Of a stretch of DNA of 64,000 nt, positions 20,533 through 31,449 are shown one piece after another (the stretch's first letter is position 1; the number at the start of each line of letters is the position of its first letter). Made by a program: the position numbers and the translations under genes. This DNA comes from a bacterium (GTDB lineage: Bacteria; UBA8248): NCBI GenBank assembly GCA_965219955.1, contig OZ244799.1, positions 3,552,001 through 3,616,000 on the forward strand, given 5' to 3'. Below the pieces are notes generated by a model. It searched no databases and was not told the DNA's origin. It worked only from the letters and a program-made list of their open reading frames with translations.

Positions 20533-20856
20533 TTATACTCTTGGTTGTTCTGAAGGTTTGATTGGAGGCGCACAATCCAGGATTTGAAGATTGATTTCAC
20601 GAGAGAGTGCCTCAAGAAGCGTCTTTGTCTCGACTTCATCGTCAACGGTTGAGGTCAACCGTGCCAGAGACATGGGTTCGCCGTGTTCGTTTTTTTCGGC
20701 GCAAGCATGAAACGTCTGGTAGTACCCTAAATCGTCATAACCTTCCAATATCGCTTGCAGGTAATTTTGCCGTGATGTCGGCACACACAACCACCAGATG
20801 AGGGAACCATCGTAAGATTCTGGGCTGAGTCTCTTTGCGTTGCGAACGGAGGTCAT
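20533..20856 (-). CDS. Small conserved protein, DUF4911-like
   Basis: YLQAILEGYDDLG segment; ATGA overlap with the upstream gene. Confidence 0.55.
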   Translation of the reverse strand: MTSVRNAKRLSPESYDGSLIWWLCVPTSRQNYLQAILEGYDDLGYYQTFHACAEKNEHGEPMSLARLTSTVDDEVETKTLLEALSREINLQILDCAPPIKPSEQPRV

Positions 20857-21257
20857 TCGCTCATTTGAATTCGACTCGCTGCTTGCCGAATGTACTCTGG
20901 CATTTCTTTCACAAACAAAGATCGGGGCACCACCTTGTCAAAACCGTCTTGCGACGCTGATTTGAGCAATTCCGGCTCGGTATGCTTGCCCCAAGCGATA
21001 GTGTACGCGTCTTTGCTTTTGGGGCTGGCTTTTAGCTTTTTGACGAGCTTGCCCGCTCTTTCACCACCTAGCTTGTGGTGATGCAAATCAGACATGAATA
21101 ATGTGGCGCGATATTTTTTGAGAGCTTCCTCGAATTTCTCCTCTGAATCGATGAACTCCAATCTGACGCGCCGGGATATCCCTGCTTCCCGAATGCCCGC
21201 GGAGAACATCAAGTCAGAGCAAACGACAAAAACCCTTTTGTCCTCTTCTCCCATCAT
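20853..21257 (-). CDS. Degenerate single-domain receiver-like protein
   Basis: VVCSDLMFS...DL...WGKHTE...GFDKVVPRSLF pattern; translational coupling on both sides. Confidence 0.6.
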   Translation of the reverse strand: MMGEEDKRVFVVCSDLMFSAGIREAGISRRVRLEFIDSEEKFEEALKKYRATLFMSDLHHHKLGGERAGKLVKKLKASPKSKDAYTIAWGKHTEPELLKSASQDGFDKVVPRSLFVKEMPEYIRQAASRIQMSE

Positions 21258-21649
21258 GAGTCGCTTTTCTTCTCATGCAAAAATTCGTTTTTGGGCTCAC
21301 CCAGATAGCCGGGCAGGTAGTCGATGCGTCCCGAAGACAATACTTCAATGTATTTCGCACCCTCTGATCCCACGCCCGTTGCGCTATGGAACACACCGCC
21401 CGGAATGGAGGCAAAATCACCGGGCTCGAGCCATTCCTCGACCCCATCGATGTGCATTTTCAGTTTACCTTCCAGCACGACGATAAACTGATCTTCGGTG
21501 TGGCGATGAATCGTGCTCTCATCGAACAGCGTATCGGGAGCTATTTCGCCGCGCTGCATCGTCAACCCATCCAACGCGGCTGCACGGCGCATGGTTCCCT
21601 TGCGAAGGTTTTGAGTTTTGGGAATATCTTCCCAGCGATGAAAACCCAA
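21254..21649 (-). CDS. Cupin domain protein
   Basis: HRHTEDQFIVVLEG...IPGGVFHS; probable TTG start. Confidence 0.8.
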   Translation of the reverse strand: MGFHRWEDIPKTQNLRKGTMRRAAALDGLTMQRGEIAPDTLFDESTIHRHTEDQFIVVLEGKLKMHIDGVEEWLEPGDFASIPGGVFHSATGVGSEGAKYIEVLSSGRIDYLPGYLGEPKNEFLHEKKSDS

Positions 21650-21712
21650 TTTTTTGTCCCTTCTCTGCCAACCCCTTGGACAACTGGTAAGCAACGGGTG
21701 AGGGAAAAGTCG

Positions 21713-23119
21713 TTACACTTCCACTTTCTCGCCCAAAAGATCGATAAGACCATGGATATTATCGAGCGTATCGATTTTATAGAGCATCGCCTCAATCAAG
21801 GCGATCTGATCGCCCTCGTACACCAAACTGGTGCATTCCGTGAATTTCTCATAAAGCTCCTCACGATCCATGGGTCGCTGAGGAGTGCCGCGTGAGATTT
21901 CAGACATTTTTTCGTATACGGTACCGTCTTCAAGCTCTATCGCCACCTTGCCGCGAATGAGCGCGTAACCCTGCGCTTCGATTTCATCGTCCATGAAGGG
22001 ATTCACCTTTTTCATCATTTCTACGACATCGGGGCGCTTTACGACTTCGTCTTTGTATTGAGCGATGCCGGCCGCGCGCTCGAGCAGCAAGATGCCGAAA
22101 CCGAATTGCAGGGAGAATTTCGCCTCCAGCTCGTTCTGCGGTTCCTTGTAGCGGAGTGGCTCCAGTACGCGCGAGGTGGTGCCGAAGCGCAACTCTTTCA
22201 CCTGGTCGGGTTTGATGTCGTTTTCCAAGATCAGATCCCTGGCGGCATCCATAGCGGGGTGCGCAAGGGAACCGCAAGGGTAGGGTTTAATCGACACGCC
22301 CGGGTCCACCGCCGACCAGGCGTTACCGAGTTTCCCGACGATGTAATCTTTATCGCAGCCGCCACCCATAATCTGGAAAAATCCCCACTGCCCATCAAAT
22401 ACCGTGGGGTCCGAAGTGTAGCCACCCGACGCCAGTCTTGCCGCCACGACGCCGTTCTCTGCCGCTCGGCCGCAATGGTAGGGCTTCGTCATCGTTCCAA
22501 AATTCGCACGCAGACCAGCGCTTTCCGAGCAAACGATGCCGTAACACATGCGCAACTGGTGTTCATCCAACCCCATCAACTTCGCCGCGGCGGTCGCCGC
22601 CCCGATGGCGCCGATAGTCCCCGTGGAGTGAAATCCTTTGACGTAATGATCCGGCCGAATCGCCTCCGCCACCTTGCATTCCACTTCGAAGCCCAGCGCA
22701 AATGCAGTGAGCAACTCCTGTCCCGTTGCGCCCAGCGCCTCGGCCAGGGCCAGCGCAGCGGGCATCACCGGACATGTGGGGTGAGTCAACAGGCCATACA
22801 CGCGATCCGGATAGCTGCTCAGCTGCGTATCGTCATAATCCATTGCGTGGCCGGCGATGCCATTGGCCAAAGAAGCGAGATGCGCGGGCACCGTCATTTC
22901 AGTTCCGATGACGCGCGCCTCGGGTTCTCCTCCGATTTCCCTGAGGTAGTTTTGGATGATATGGCCACTTTCTTCCGTGGAACCCGCAACCATCAGGCCG
23001 ATTCCATCCACGAAACATCGGCGCATGATTACTCTTACGTCTTCAGGAATGTCTTCGTACTCCGTATTCAAGACAAATTCGACGACGGCATCTGTGATGA
23101 GAGAATCTGAATCGTTCAT
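21713..23119 (-). CDS. MmgE/PrpD family protein
   Basis: GHAMDYDD, HP, GFHSTG, GTMTKPYH, KPYPCG, AKFS. Confidence 0.93.
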   Translation of the reverse strand: MNDSDSLITDAVVEFVLNTEYEDIPEDVRVIMRRCFVDGIGLMVAGSTEESGHIIQNYLREIGGEPEARVIGTEMTVPAHLASLANGIAGHAMDYDDTQLSSYPDRVYGLLTHPTCPVMPAALALAEALGATGQELLTAFALGFEVECKVAEAIRPDHYVKGFHSTGTIGAIGAATAAAKLMGLDEHQLRMCYGIVCSESAGLRANFGTMTKPYHCGRAAENGVVAARLASGGYTSDPTVFDGQWGFFQIMGGGCDKDYIVGKLGNAWSAVDPGVSIKPYPCGSLAHPAMDAARDLILENDIKPDQVKELRFGTTSRVLEPLRYKEPQNELEAKFSLQFGFGILLLERAAGIAQYKDEVVKRPDVVEMMKKVNPFMDDEIEAQGYALIRGKVAIELEDGTVYEKMSEISRGTPQRPMDREELYEKFTECTSLVYEGDQIALIEAMLYKIDTLDNIHGLIDLLGEKVEV

Positions 23120-23153
23120 AACCTCACCTTTCTGTAAAATCTTTGACAATCGA

Positions 23154-23348
23154 TCAGTTGTTTTTCTGTTCCACCCCTTTGGACGCAGGATTCTGTGGAA
23201 CAGTTATCAGTTTCATCCGGGGTTTCGGGCAAAAATATCCGGTTAATGATGGAAAAATCGACGCATTCGAGCAGATCCCACTTAGCGCAAAAATGAAAAG
23301 TCCAGACAAAAGCAATGTGCCCAACAGCCAAATCACACCACGGGTCAT
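23154..23348 (-). CDS. Small putative membrane or secreted protein (64 aa)
   Basis: RBS GAGGA, N-terminal hydrophobic helix, two Cys; co-oriented with the MmgE gene. Confidence 0.45.
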   Translation of the reverse strand: MTRGVIWLLGTLLLSGLFIFALSGICSNASIFPSLTGYFCPKPRMKLITVPQNPASKGVEQKNN

Positions 23349-23812
23349 GATGGATTCCTCAAATCATCCCGGCTTCTCAAGCAAAACGACTACAAGTGAA
23401 GGAGGCGCGTTGAACTTTGGCTCATACAAATAAAAAAACTAGTCGTCTCGCTCGGCGACCCGCGATTCGAACTACTGTACAGGGAGACGATTCCGATGCC
23501 CTGCGTCTTCAATGACCCAAAACAGAAATTACAGGTACGAAACCTAACAAAAACTATACTCCCCGGCAAGGAATAATCATCTTTTTCCGTATTTCCATTT
23601 TACTTATTTCCTGAAGACTGGAATAATAAGATGAGAAGGGGGTAGGAGATTCCATGTTCCGAATCATGTATTATTCATCAGGAGTCGAACTGTTGATTTA
23701 ACGAGGTTTATTATTTTTTGCTTCAGCTTGTGATTTTTTGCGCAAGCGAACAACTGGCTGATCTGGTAGAAATGAACGTATCTTGATGACATCCAAATTA
23801 GTGGAGTTTCAA

Positions 23813-24925
23813 ATGATTTTAGATATTGAAGCTGGTGACATCCTTCCTGCAAAAGATGCCATCGCTTTGATGGACCAAGCTGACCTCGGACCTTCCATTG
23901 ATGTTCCTGAAATCCCCGCAAACGCTCATCCCGAGAACATCACGGAAGAGGAAAGAGAATTTCTACAAGGTGAGGTCAGGCGCCTCAAGAAAGAGAGAAA
24001 CGCTCTCATCCTGGCGCATAATTACGTACCGAGAGATATCCAGGACGTATCCGATGTCATCGGCGATTCATTGTTTTTAGCCCAGCAAGGCGCCGCCTCG
24101 GACGCCGACTATCTTGTCGAACCTTCCGTGTTATTCATGAATCAGATTTTAGCTGCGCTCAAGAAACCCCATCAAACCGTTTTGGCCCCCAGCCTCGATG
24201 CACTCTGCTCTTTGGCCGCTCATGCGGATGTCGTTAAAATTCAAGATTGGAAAAAAGCGCACCCGGACGGAATCGTCATCAGTTACGTAAACACATATCT
24301 CGAGGTAAAAGCCGAGAGCGATTACTGTTGCGCGTCCGCCAACGCTGGCAAGGTCACCCTCCACATCTTGGAAAACTCCAGGCCCGAGCAGCCCATTTTA
24401 TTTTTGCCCGACGTCTTTCTGGGTTTCTACGCGGCCAAGCTACTGGAGAGCAAAGGACATTCTCTGGAGCGCCTCCATCTCATGATGGGCGCGTGTCACG
24501 TACATGAAAGGATTCGCCCGCATCACGTCATGGAGCAGCAACAACTACACCCCGAAGCTATCACCGTGGTTCACCCCGAGTGTGGATGCACCAGCGCCTG
24601 TATGCGTCAGGTGAACGACGGCATCGTGCCTGAAGACATGCTCCAGTTCCGGTCCACCCAGGGTATGATCAAGTTGGTGGAGGAAGTCCCGCACTCGGAA
24701 GTCATCGTGGCTACCGAGGTCGGAAACCTCCACCCCATGTCCAAGGCGGTTCCTGACAAAACCCTGATTCCCGCGAGCCGTGAAGCGCTTTGCGCTTACA
24801 TGAAACAAAACACGCTGCAAAACCTGTATGAATGCCTGCGGGATCTGAAACATGAAATTACCGTGGACCCGGAACTGGCTCGGCGCGCGCGAATACCCAT
24901 CGAGCGTATGCTCGAAATCGTATAA
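23813..24925 (+). CDS. nadA: Quinolinate synthase
   Basis: ILAHNY, GDS, CSLA, YVNT, FLPD, GACHVH, VHPEC, ATE, CAYMK. Confidence 0.95.
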   Translation: MILDIEAGDILPAKDAIALMDQADLGPSIDVPEIPANAHPENITEEEREFLQGEVRRLKKERNALILAHNYVPRDIQDVSDVIGDSLFLAQQGAASDADYLVEPSVLFMNQILAALKKPHQTVLAPSLDALCSLAAHADVVKIQDWKKAHPDGIVISYVNTYLEVKAESDYCCASANAGKVTLHILENSRPEQPILFLPDVFLGFYAAKLLESKGHSLERLHLMMGACHVHERIRPHHVMEQQQLHPEAITVVHPECGCTSACMRQVNDGIVPEDMLQFRSTQGMIKLVEEVPHSEVIVATEVGNLHPMSKAVPDKTLIPASREALCAYMKQNTLQNLYECLRDLKHEITVDPELARRARIPIERMLEIV

Positions 24926-24943
24926 AACCAAACACCGCTAGAT

Positions 24944-25828
24944 ATGGATATCCGCTCTAAAGTCCGCGAATGGCTCCTGGAAGATTTTGGGGGCGCTCCC
25001 CTCCAGTACGATGCCGAAAAAGATCCCTTGTGTGTGGCGGAGTTGCGCACGAAAAGCGATGCCATTCTCGCGGGTTCCCCGTTTATCCTTCCCGTCTTAG
25101 AGGAAACCCAAAACCTTTTGGCTCTCGGGAAAAGCAACCCACCCGAAGTCAAATGGCAAAAAGATGAAAAAGCCAGAATTTCCAAAGGCGAACTTCTGGC
25201 GCACGTTTCCGGTCATACCCAGACCATCCTGAAAGCGGAACGCACCGCTCTCAATCTTATTTCGCATATCTCGGAAATCGCCACGCACACGGCAAGTACA
25301 TTGGCCCGTTTCGGGGACTTCCCCGAAACTCTCAAGGGGATCATCGATACCAGGAAGAATCGGCCAGGCTTGCGCTATTTTGAAAAATACGCGGTTCGCG
25401 CAGGTGGTGGTCAAAATCACCGCTTGGGTTTTTTTGACGGGGAGATGATAAAGGACAACGACATCGTTGCCGCCGGTTCCATCCCCGCCGCCATCGACAG
25501 ACAATTCGGCAGCCGCTACATGACGGAAACTCAAATCGAAGTGCAAAATCTGGCCCAACTGGAAGAAGTCATCGAAGACGGCCGAGTGCACATGATTTTG
25601 CTCGACAACATGAACATAGAAACACTTCAAAAAGCCGTTGCCCACGCCAGGAAAGTCGGGGTCGCTTTCAAAACGCAAAAACCCTATGAGATCGAGGCCT
25701 CCGGCATCGGTGACGGCGGTATCCGAAGCATAGCGGAGACAGGAGTAGACTACATCTCCACGAGTTCGCTCGTCCGCTCCGCCCCCCCGCTTGACTTTCA
25801 CATGAAGATCACAAAAGTGGATTTATGA
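24944..25828 (+). CDS. nadC: Quinolinate phosphoribosyltransferase
   Basis: AERTALN, DTRKNRPGLR, EKYAV, NHR, IKDN, IEV, LLDNM, EASG. Confidence 0.93.
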   Translation: MDIRSKVREWLLEDFGGAPLQYDAEKDPLCVAELRTKSDAILAGSPFILPVLEETQNLLALGKSNPPEVKWQKDEKARISKGELLAHVSGHTQTILKAERTALNLISHISEIATHTASTLARFGDFPETLKGIIDTRKNRPGLRYFEKYAVRAGGGQNHRLGFFDGEMIKDNDIVAAGSIPAAIDRQFGSRYMTETQIEVQNLAQLEEVIEDGRVHMILLDNMNIETLQKAVAHARKVGVAFKTQKPYEIEASGIGDGGIRSIAETGVDYISTSSLVRSAPPLDFHMKITKVDL

Positions 25829-25899
25829 TACTCTTGAGGAACCGTTCTTGATAAGCGCTCAATAGCTTTTTTGTGATTTGCTCTCTTCCGAGGAAAATT

Positions 25900-26424
25900 A
25901 TGTCTTTAGAAGTCGATTCTAAAAGCGTGGATTACTACAAAGCCTCTGATGGGCGCATCATTGCCATTCACATCAAAGGAGATTTCAACGATTATTCTAA
26001 ATTTCCTCCTTATCTGGATACCGATGAAGCGAAAGAACACATCCGGACCGCATACGCCGGCCAGGACATCGAGGCGGAGCGCAACACCAAGGCACATATG
26101 ACGGATGATGACATACCCCTGCAAATCATCGTCTTGAACAGGCCCAAAGGCGCGATCACCAAAGCGCATTTTCACGTGGTGGAAGAGAGGACTACGAATA
26201 CTACGCGGCACCAAATTCTCTTGTGTCAACGCGGGAAAGTTCGGGTCGGCGTATTCACCAAGGAGGGGGAAAATCTAGGCGATGCGATCTTGAATCGCGA
26301 CGATCTCATCCTGATGTACGAAGGGCATGAAGTTGAATTCCTGGAAGATGATTCAAAGGTCATCGAAATCAAGGAAGGACCTTTCCCGGAAACAGACGAG
26401 CGGGACAAAGTCGACTTGAAGTAA
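25900..26424 (+). CDS. Cupin-like hypothetical protein
   Basis: AHFH...GKVRV...DDLILMYEGH...IEIKEGP; start uncertain. Confidence 0.65.
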   Translation: MSLEVDSKSVDYYKASDGRIIAIHIKGDFNDYSKFPPYLDTDEAKEHIRTAYAGQDIEAERNTKAHMTDDDIPLQIIVLNRPKGAITKAHFHVVEERTTNTTRHQILLCQRGKVRVGVFTKEGENLGDAILNRDDLILMYEGHEVEFLEDDSKVIEIKEGPFPETDERDKVDLK

Positions 26425-26467
26425 ACAGATTTGGACACCATTCACCAAGTCAATCCGGAGAGAAACC

Positions 26468-27484
26468 ATGAAATTTTGCACCTTTGAAGTGCGAACACCT
26501 GTTGGCCCGTTCGAGCGTTTGGGCGCCGTTGTATCCGAAGGCGATAACCTCCGATACGTCGACCTCAACTTTGCAGCAGCGGCGGAATTCGAACAGCGTG
26601 GCTCCTCGCGCCCCCAAGCCATGGCGGATGCCCTCATTCCCTCCGATATGCTGGCCATCGCCGCATCGGGCAAAGGCGGCATCGAAGCCGCTGAAGAAGC
26701 GCTCGAATACGCACTCGAGAATGAAGACGCCGCCGGCCCTCGCGGGGAGCAAATCATATATGCGCCGAGCGAAGCCCGGCTGCTCGCTCCCATCAAACAA
26801 CCCCCGCTGATTCGCGGTTTTGCCGGTTTCGAACGCCATCTCAAAAAAACATTCGAGGTGATGAACCTTGAAATTCCCAAAATCTGGTACGAGCGTCCCC
26901 TTGCTTTCAAGGCGAGTTGCGCCCATATGGCCGGGCCCGAGGAGGAAGTCCCCTGGCCCAGCTTTACCGAGAAAATGGATTTCGAACTCGAATTCTGCTG
27001 TGTGATCGGCGTACCGGGGCGGGACATTTCAGAAGAAGATGCGCATGAACACATCTTCGGTTATGCAATACTAAACGACTGGAGCGCCCGGGACGCGCAG
27101 GGGGGCGAAATGGCGATGGGAACCGGGCCATACAAGAGCAAGGACTGGTGCTGGAGCCTTGGTCCCTGGATAGCCACACCCGATGAAGTCGGCGACCCGA
27201 AAAACATTCCCATGGCCGCGAGGGTCAACGGCGAAACGTGGGTGGAAACCACGCCCGGAGAGATGTACTGGACTTTCTCTCAAATCATCGCCTACACCGC
27301 CAGGGACGAGAACCTGGTCACGGGAGATCTGATGGGATCAGGCACCGTCCCCGGAGGATGCGGCATGGAAATGGAGCGCTGGATTCAACCAGGGGATGTC
27401 GTGGAAATTGACATGGGGCCGCTGGGAGTCATGAGAAACAAGGTCGGTCAAAAGCCGGAGCCCAAACCCTACACGTATAAATAA
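26468..27484 (+). CDS. Fumarylacetoacetate hydrolase family protein
   Basis: DFELE, NDWSARD, KSKD, LGPW, GSGT. Confidence 0.93.
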   Translation: MKFCTFEVRTPVGPFERLGAVVSEGDNLRYVDLNFAAAAEFEQRGSSRPQAMADALIPSDMLAIAASGKGGIEAAEEALEYALENEDAAGPRGEQIIYAPSEARLLAPIKQPPLIRGFAGFERHLKKTFEVMNLEIPKIWYERPLAFKASCAHMAGPEEEVPWPSFTEKMDFELEFCCVIGVPGRDISEEDAHEHIFGYAILNDWSARDAQGGEMAMGTGPYKSKDWCWSLGPWIATPDEVGDPKNIPMAARVNGETWVETTPGEMYWTFSQIIAYTARDENLVTGDLMGSGTVPGGCGMEMERWIQPGDVVEIDMGPLGVMRNKVGQKPEPKPYTYK

Positions 27485-27486
27485 TC

Positions 27487-29898
27487 TTACGATTTTTTTT
27501 CCTGGTCGCTTGCTTGTGGGTTCATGAGGTGAACGACTCTTTGCGGGAAGGGTATCTCGATGCCCTCCTCTCGAAGGCGGCGTTCAATCTCAAACCTCAA
27601 ATCACTCGCGACCCCCAGACGTCTCATCACGTCCGAAGTAAAACACCGCAGTTCGAAATCCAGACTGCTCGCGCCAAAATCTCGAAATACGACCGATGGA
27701 GCGGGGTCATCGAGCACCCTATCGTTCTTCTCGGCGATATCCAAGAGAATCTCCCGAACCTTTTCCACATCGGAACCATAAGCCACGCCCACTCCGACCT
27801 CCACGCGGCCATACCGATCCCGGTGCGTCAGGTTGGTCACCGAGGTCGAAATAATCTCCGCGTTCGGAATAATCACCGAAGCACGCTGCCACGTTTCCAG
27901 TTCCGTCGCGCGAAACTGTATTCTCTTCACGATGCCTTCATTGCTTCCCACGCAAACCCAATCGCCGACCTTGATGGGCCTTTCCACCAACAGTATCAAT
28001 CCCGAAATAAAGTTGTTCACCACGTTTTGCAGCCCGAAACCGATGCCCACCGAGAGGGCGCTGACAACCAAAGCAAGGTTGGAGAGATCGATTCCCGTCA
28101 CCGAAATGCTCAACAACGCCGCAACGATAACGCCCGCATAACCGAACCCTGCGTTCAGGGAGTGGCGTATGCCTGCAGGTAAATTCGTCTGCTTCAATAC
28201 CCGCTCGGACAACTGCCTTTGCAAAAACCTTGTTCCGGCCATGGCGGCCAAGAAGACGGCAATCGCCAGGAAAATATCGATTATGGAAATGCGGATGCTT
28301 CCCACCTGGAACCCGGACAGGGCTTGCAGCGTCCAGCGAATCAGATCGTCAGGGGGCACTCCCCAGACAGGCGCGATAATGAGGAGTCCGCAAAGGAAAA
28401 CAACAGGATCGACAATGACTCGCCACCAGGAACGGAATTTTTCGAGCATGCGGGAAGGAATGTGGAGCCTGTCTTGTATGGATTCGGATTCAGGCGACCA
28501 TGATACCAGTTCGCGCATGAAGCCACGCAATAGAACAACTACCCACAGCAAAAGGCCAGTCCAAATAAGGCTTGTGAGAAGCCGTTTGCCGAGAGCGCCA
28601 TATCCGACAAACAACGCCGCAATGCCGATTACCGCAAGCACTCTTGCCATGCGACGAATCAATCTCCAGGCCTGTTCACCCTGCTGGATTACGCCTTCCT
28701 GGGCCGCTTCGGCTCGCCAGAGTTTGCCCCGTCCGAGCCTGACGAAAAAACAACCCTCCAGTGCGCCGAACACCGCAGCGTATATGGACATCGCCTCTGC
28801 AGGCCTCACTCCTTCACCTTCAAGATTCGAGAAAAACATGTCGGCCGAAAAAACAGCCGCCAAAGCGAGGATCAAACGATAAGCGCTTTGCGCATTTTCG
28901 GAAGATTGTCCCGTGAACCGCCAATTCGGCTGCTTCGGGGAGAGAAAAGACTTCGCAAACGCAACAACCACATAAAAGAACAACATGGATAAAAGAAAAG
29001 ACGTGAGCGCTTCTTCAAAGAGACCGCTCACGAAAGCGCCTGGCCGAGTCACCCATATATAAAGGGCCGCTAAAACCGCTACCGGCAAAATGCTGTCGCC
29101 AACGCCATCTGCGATGGCGCAGCCAAACCTGCGCGCATACGAGAGCTCTGATAGCCCGTCATCACGACTGAAGACAGCTAAAACGCTCCGCCGTATTCCC
29201 CACCCTAAAACTACACCTAGAATCAAAACCACTATTCCGGGCAAAAACACTGTGGCGCCAACTACTCCGGGAGGTAGACTTGCGAACCAATCCCATGGAG
29301 AACGAACAATACGTCGAACTTCAACCGTAATTTCCGGAACACCCTTTGCGAGCACGCCCGGTGCGATGGGTATCGGCGTACGACGGTAAATCTCTCCCCA
29401 AAGCCGCCCGAATCTCTCTCGGGAGAAGGATTCTTCCAATTCCGCAGCATGAACGATGGCCAAGTCAGCCTCAGCGATGCGCGCTCGGGCAACTGTGACT
29501 TGACGATTGTATCGTTCTCTTCTGGCGGCTATCTCTCTCGCTTCCGGCGGGCCGTCCTTCGCGGGCGGAGGACCAATAGCCTTGAGCAGCTTTTCAGAAT
29601 GTTGGAGTGCTTGCTGGGCTCTTGTTTTGTCATCAAACGCCCGTGAACGGATTTGGCGCACCAGGGACAAATACCCTTGAGTAAGAGTTGGCGTTTTCTC
29701 GTCGCTTTGAAGGTATCTGGTCGCATCTCGTAAAACGATCGCCCAATCATTTGATTCTGTTGTTTCGCTTGAGGCAACATCCGCCGCATATGCCGGAGAT
29801 GAGAGAAAAAGCGAAATCACCAAAATGAAATAAAGACAAATCTTTTTGTGGCTCATGAGTTTCTCGCTTTCAACATCTTTTATGCCGGTCAGTTTCAA
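27487..29898 (-). CDS. Large MscS/MscK-like mechanosensitive channel
   Basis: GIGFGLQNVVNNFISGLILLVERPIKVGD, IPN, VGVAYGSD, IEIPFPQR; start may be about 29856. Confidence 0.92.
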   Translation of the reverse strand: MKLTGIKDVESEKLMSHKKICLYFILVISLFLSSPAYAADVASSETTESNDWAIVLRDATRYLQSDEKTPTLTQGYLSLVRQIRSRAFDDKTRAQQALQHSEKLLKAIGPPPAKDGPPEAREIAARRERYNRQVTVARARIAEADLAIVHAAELEESFSRERFGRLWGEIYRRTPIPIAPGVLAKGVPEITVEVRRIVRSPWDWFASLPPGVVGATVFLPGIVVLILGVVLGWGIRRSVLAVFSRDDGLSELSYARRFGCAIADGVGDSILPVAVLAALYIWVTRPGAFVSGLFEEALTSFLLSMLFFYVVVAFAKSFLSPKQPNWRFTGQSSENAQSAYRLILALAAVFSADMFFSNLEGEGVRPAEAMSIYAAVFGALEGCFFVRLGRGKLWRAEAAQEGVIQQGEQAWRLIRRMARVLAVIGIAALFVGYGALGKRLLTSLIWTGLLLWVVVLLRGFMRELVSWSPESESIQDRLHIPSRMLEKFRSWWRVIVDPVVFLCGLLIIAPVWGVPPDDLIRWTLQALSGFQVGSIRISIIDIFLAIAVFLAAMAGTRFLQRQLSERVLKQTNLPAGIRHSLNAGFGYAGVIVAALLSISVTGIDLSNLALVVSALSVGIGFGLQNVVNNFISGLILLVERPIKVGDWVCVGSNEGIVKRIQFRATELETWQRASVIIPNAEIISTSVTNLTHRDRYGRVEVGVGVAYGSDVEKVREILLDIAEKNDRVLDDPAPSVVFRDFGASSLDFELRCFTSDVMRRLGVASDLRFEIERRLREEGIEIPFPQRVVHLMNPQASDQEKKS

Positions 29899-30072
29899 GG
29901 TGAAGAATCAATCCAACGTCGGATTGTCTCACCATATATTCATACCTACCACATACATATACTACCGCTTTTCAGCCCTGCGCGAGCGAGGGGTTGCCGT
30001 AACCTCATCGGCGCACCCACCATCGGTTGTCGTTGATCCCGGCATCCCATGCAAACCCCATTTTACTTAACA

Positions 30073-31449
30073 TCAATATCTTGCTTCCGCATGTGAGCCT
30101 ATTCCTCTTCGTCGGCTCCAAACCAAGAACCAAACCAGGAGGCATACACCTCCCATAAAATGACTTATCGTCATCGCGCTCCATACGCCGGCGGCTTCGA
30201 ATCCAAAAGGCAAAGCAGCAAAATACGCGAGCGGGATCTGAAAACCCCACCGGATAAAGGCTTCCACAACCATTGGCGGCTTCGTGTTCGCCGCTCCTTG
30301 GAAAGCACCCGCCAACATTCGCCGGACAGCTTCAAACAAAGTGCCGATCGTGAGTATTCGGACACAAACGACGCCAATGTCGATTCCCTCGTTTTTCATT
30401 CCGAAGATCAAGACAATTTCCCTTGCATAAAAATACAAAAGAAACGTTACGCCACACATCATGACAAACAAGCCGGCCATCGAGAGATAGACGCTTTTCA
30501 GCGCCCGATCCGGCCGGTTGGCGCCTACGTTTTGACCCACCATCGTCCGGACGGCGGACTGAATCCCAAAGCCGGGCAATCGCGAAAACGTCCCAAGCCG
30601 ATTTCCAATCGACCATGCGGCTAGTACTACTGGGCCGAACAAAGCCAGAATCTTGAGTAATATGAGAAGGGCGCCGCGTTCGAGCATGTTTTGCGCGGCT
30701 GCGGGCCATCCCAAAAGAATGATGCGGCGCATGGTTTGCGCATGGGGCTTGAGATGAATCCACCTGATACGGAGGCGAGAACGTCCTGATGTCAATATCC
30801 ACAGAACGACCAAAATTCCTATGATGCGACCTATTCCAATGCCAATGGCGGAACCTGGAAGTCCAAACCCCGCAAACGGCCCCAGACCAAAAATCAGGAG
30901 GGGAATGAACGTGATGGACATGAGCGTCGAAATTCCAAGGCCAATTAAAGATTTTCCTGGTTCGCCTGCCGCTTTCAACTTGTGCGAGACCGTGAAAATA
31001 CCGTCCACGAACGCGATAGTGAGAAAAGATGCCTGTAAATACCCAACGCCCACTCGCATCACATTCGCGTCAGAAGTTAAAAGACCAAGCAGATGCGATG
31101 ATAACATATACCCCAGAATGCTGATGGCAATGTAATAGATGCCTGCAAGCAAAAACGCCTGGCCTGCCGCGTGACTCGCTTGTTCAGGTTCTTTCGCTCC
31201 GATTCTCTGAGCCACCAAAGCACTGCCCGCGATCCTGATGCCGAAGCCGACCGCGCGAAAAAAGAAGATGATCATAAAGCTCAAAGAAACCGCAGCCAGA
31301 TACTCGGAACCTAAACGCCCCACCCAAAAGATTTCGACAAGTATATCGGCGTTCCAGGCTATCGGTTCCAGGCACGAGGGAACAGCCAAGCGAAACAGCC
31401 CAAAGCTGATTGAGCCTTTTGTGTAGTCATAGCGCTTCTCGGGTCTCAT
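30073..31449 (-). CDS. MATE family efflux transporter
   Basis: Two-domain MATE pattern, VGRLG, VGQNVGA. Confidence 0.9.
   Translation of the reverse strand: MRPEKRYDYTKGSISFGLFRLAVPSCLEPIAWNADILVEIFWVGRLGSEYLAAVSLSFMIIFFFRAVGFGIRIAGSALVAQRIGAKEPEQASHAAGQAFLLAGIYYIAISILGYMLSSHLLGLLTSDANVMRVGVGYLQASFLTIAFVDGIFTVSHKLKAAGEPGKSLIGLGISTLMSITFIPLLIFGLGPFAGFGLPGSAIGIGIGRIIGILVVLWILTSGRSRLRIRWIHLKPHAQTMRRIILLGWPAAAQNMLERGALLILLKILALFGPVVLAAWSIGNRLGTFSRLPGFGIQSAVRTMVGQNVGANRPDRALKSVYLSMAGLFVMMCGVTFLLYFYAREIVLIFGMKNEGIDIGVVCVRILTIGTLFEAVRRMLAGAFQGAANTKPPMVVEAFIRWGFQIPLAYFAALPFGFEAAGVWSAMTISHFMGGVCLLVWFLVWSRRRGIGSHAEARY

Noticed and set aside
20523-20645. N-terminal extension of tupA
   Set aside because: Overlaps the DUF4911-like gene; the signal peptide begins at ATG 20522.
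23440-23500. GTTCGAATC on the minus strand as a tRNA T-loop
   Set aside because: No cloverleaf or acceptor stem could be built.
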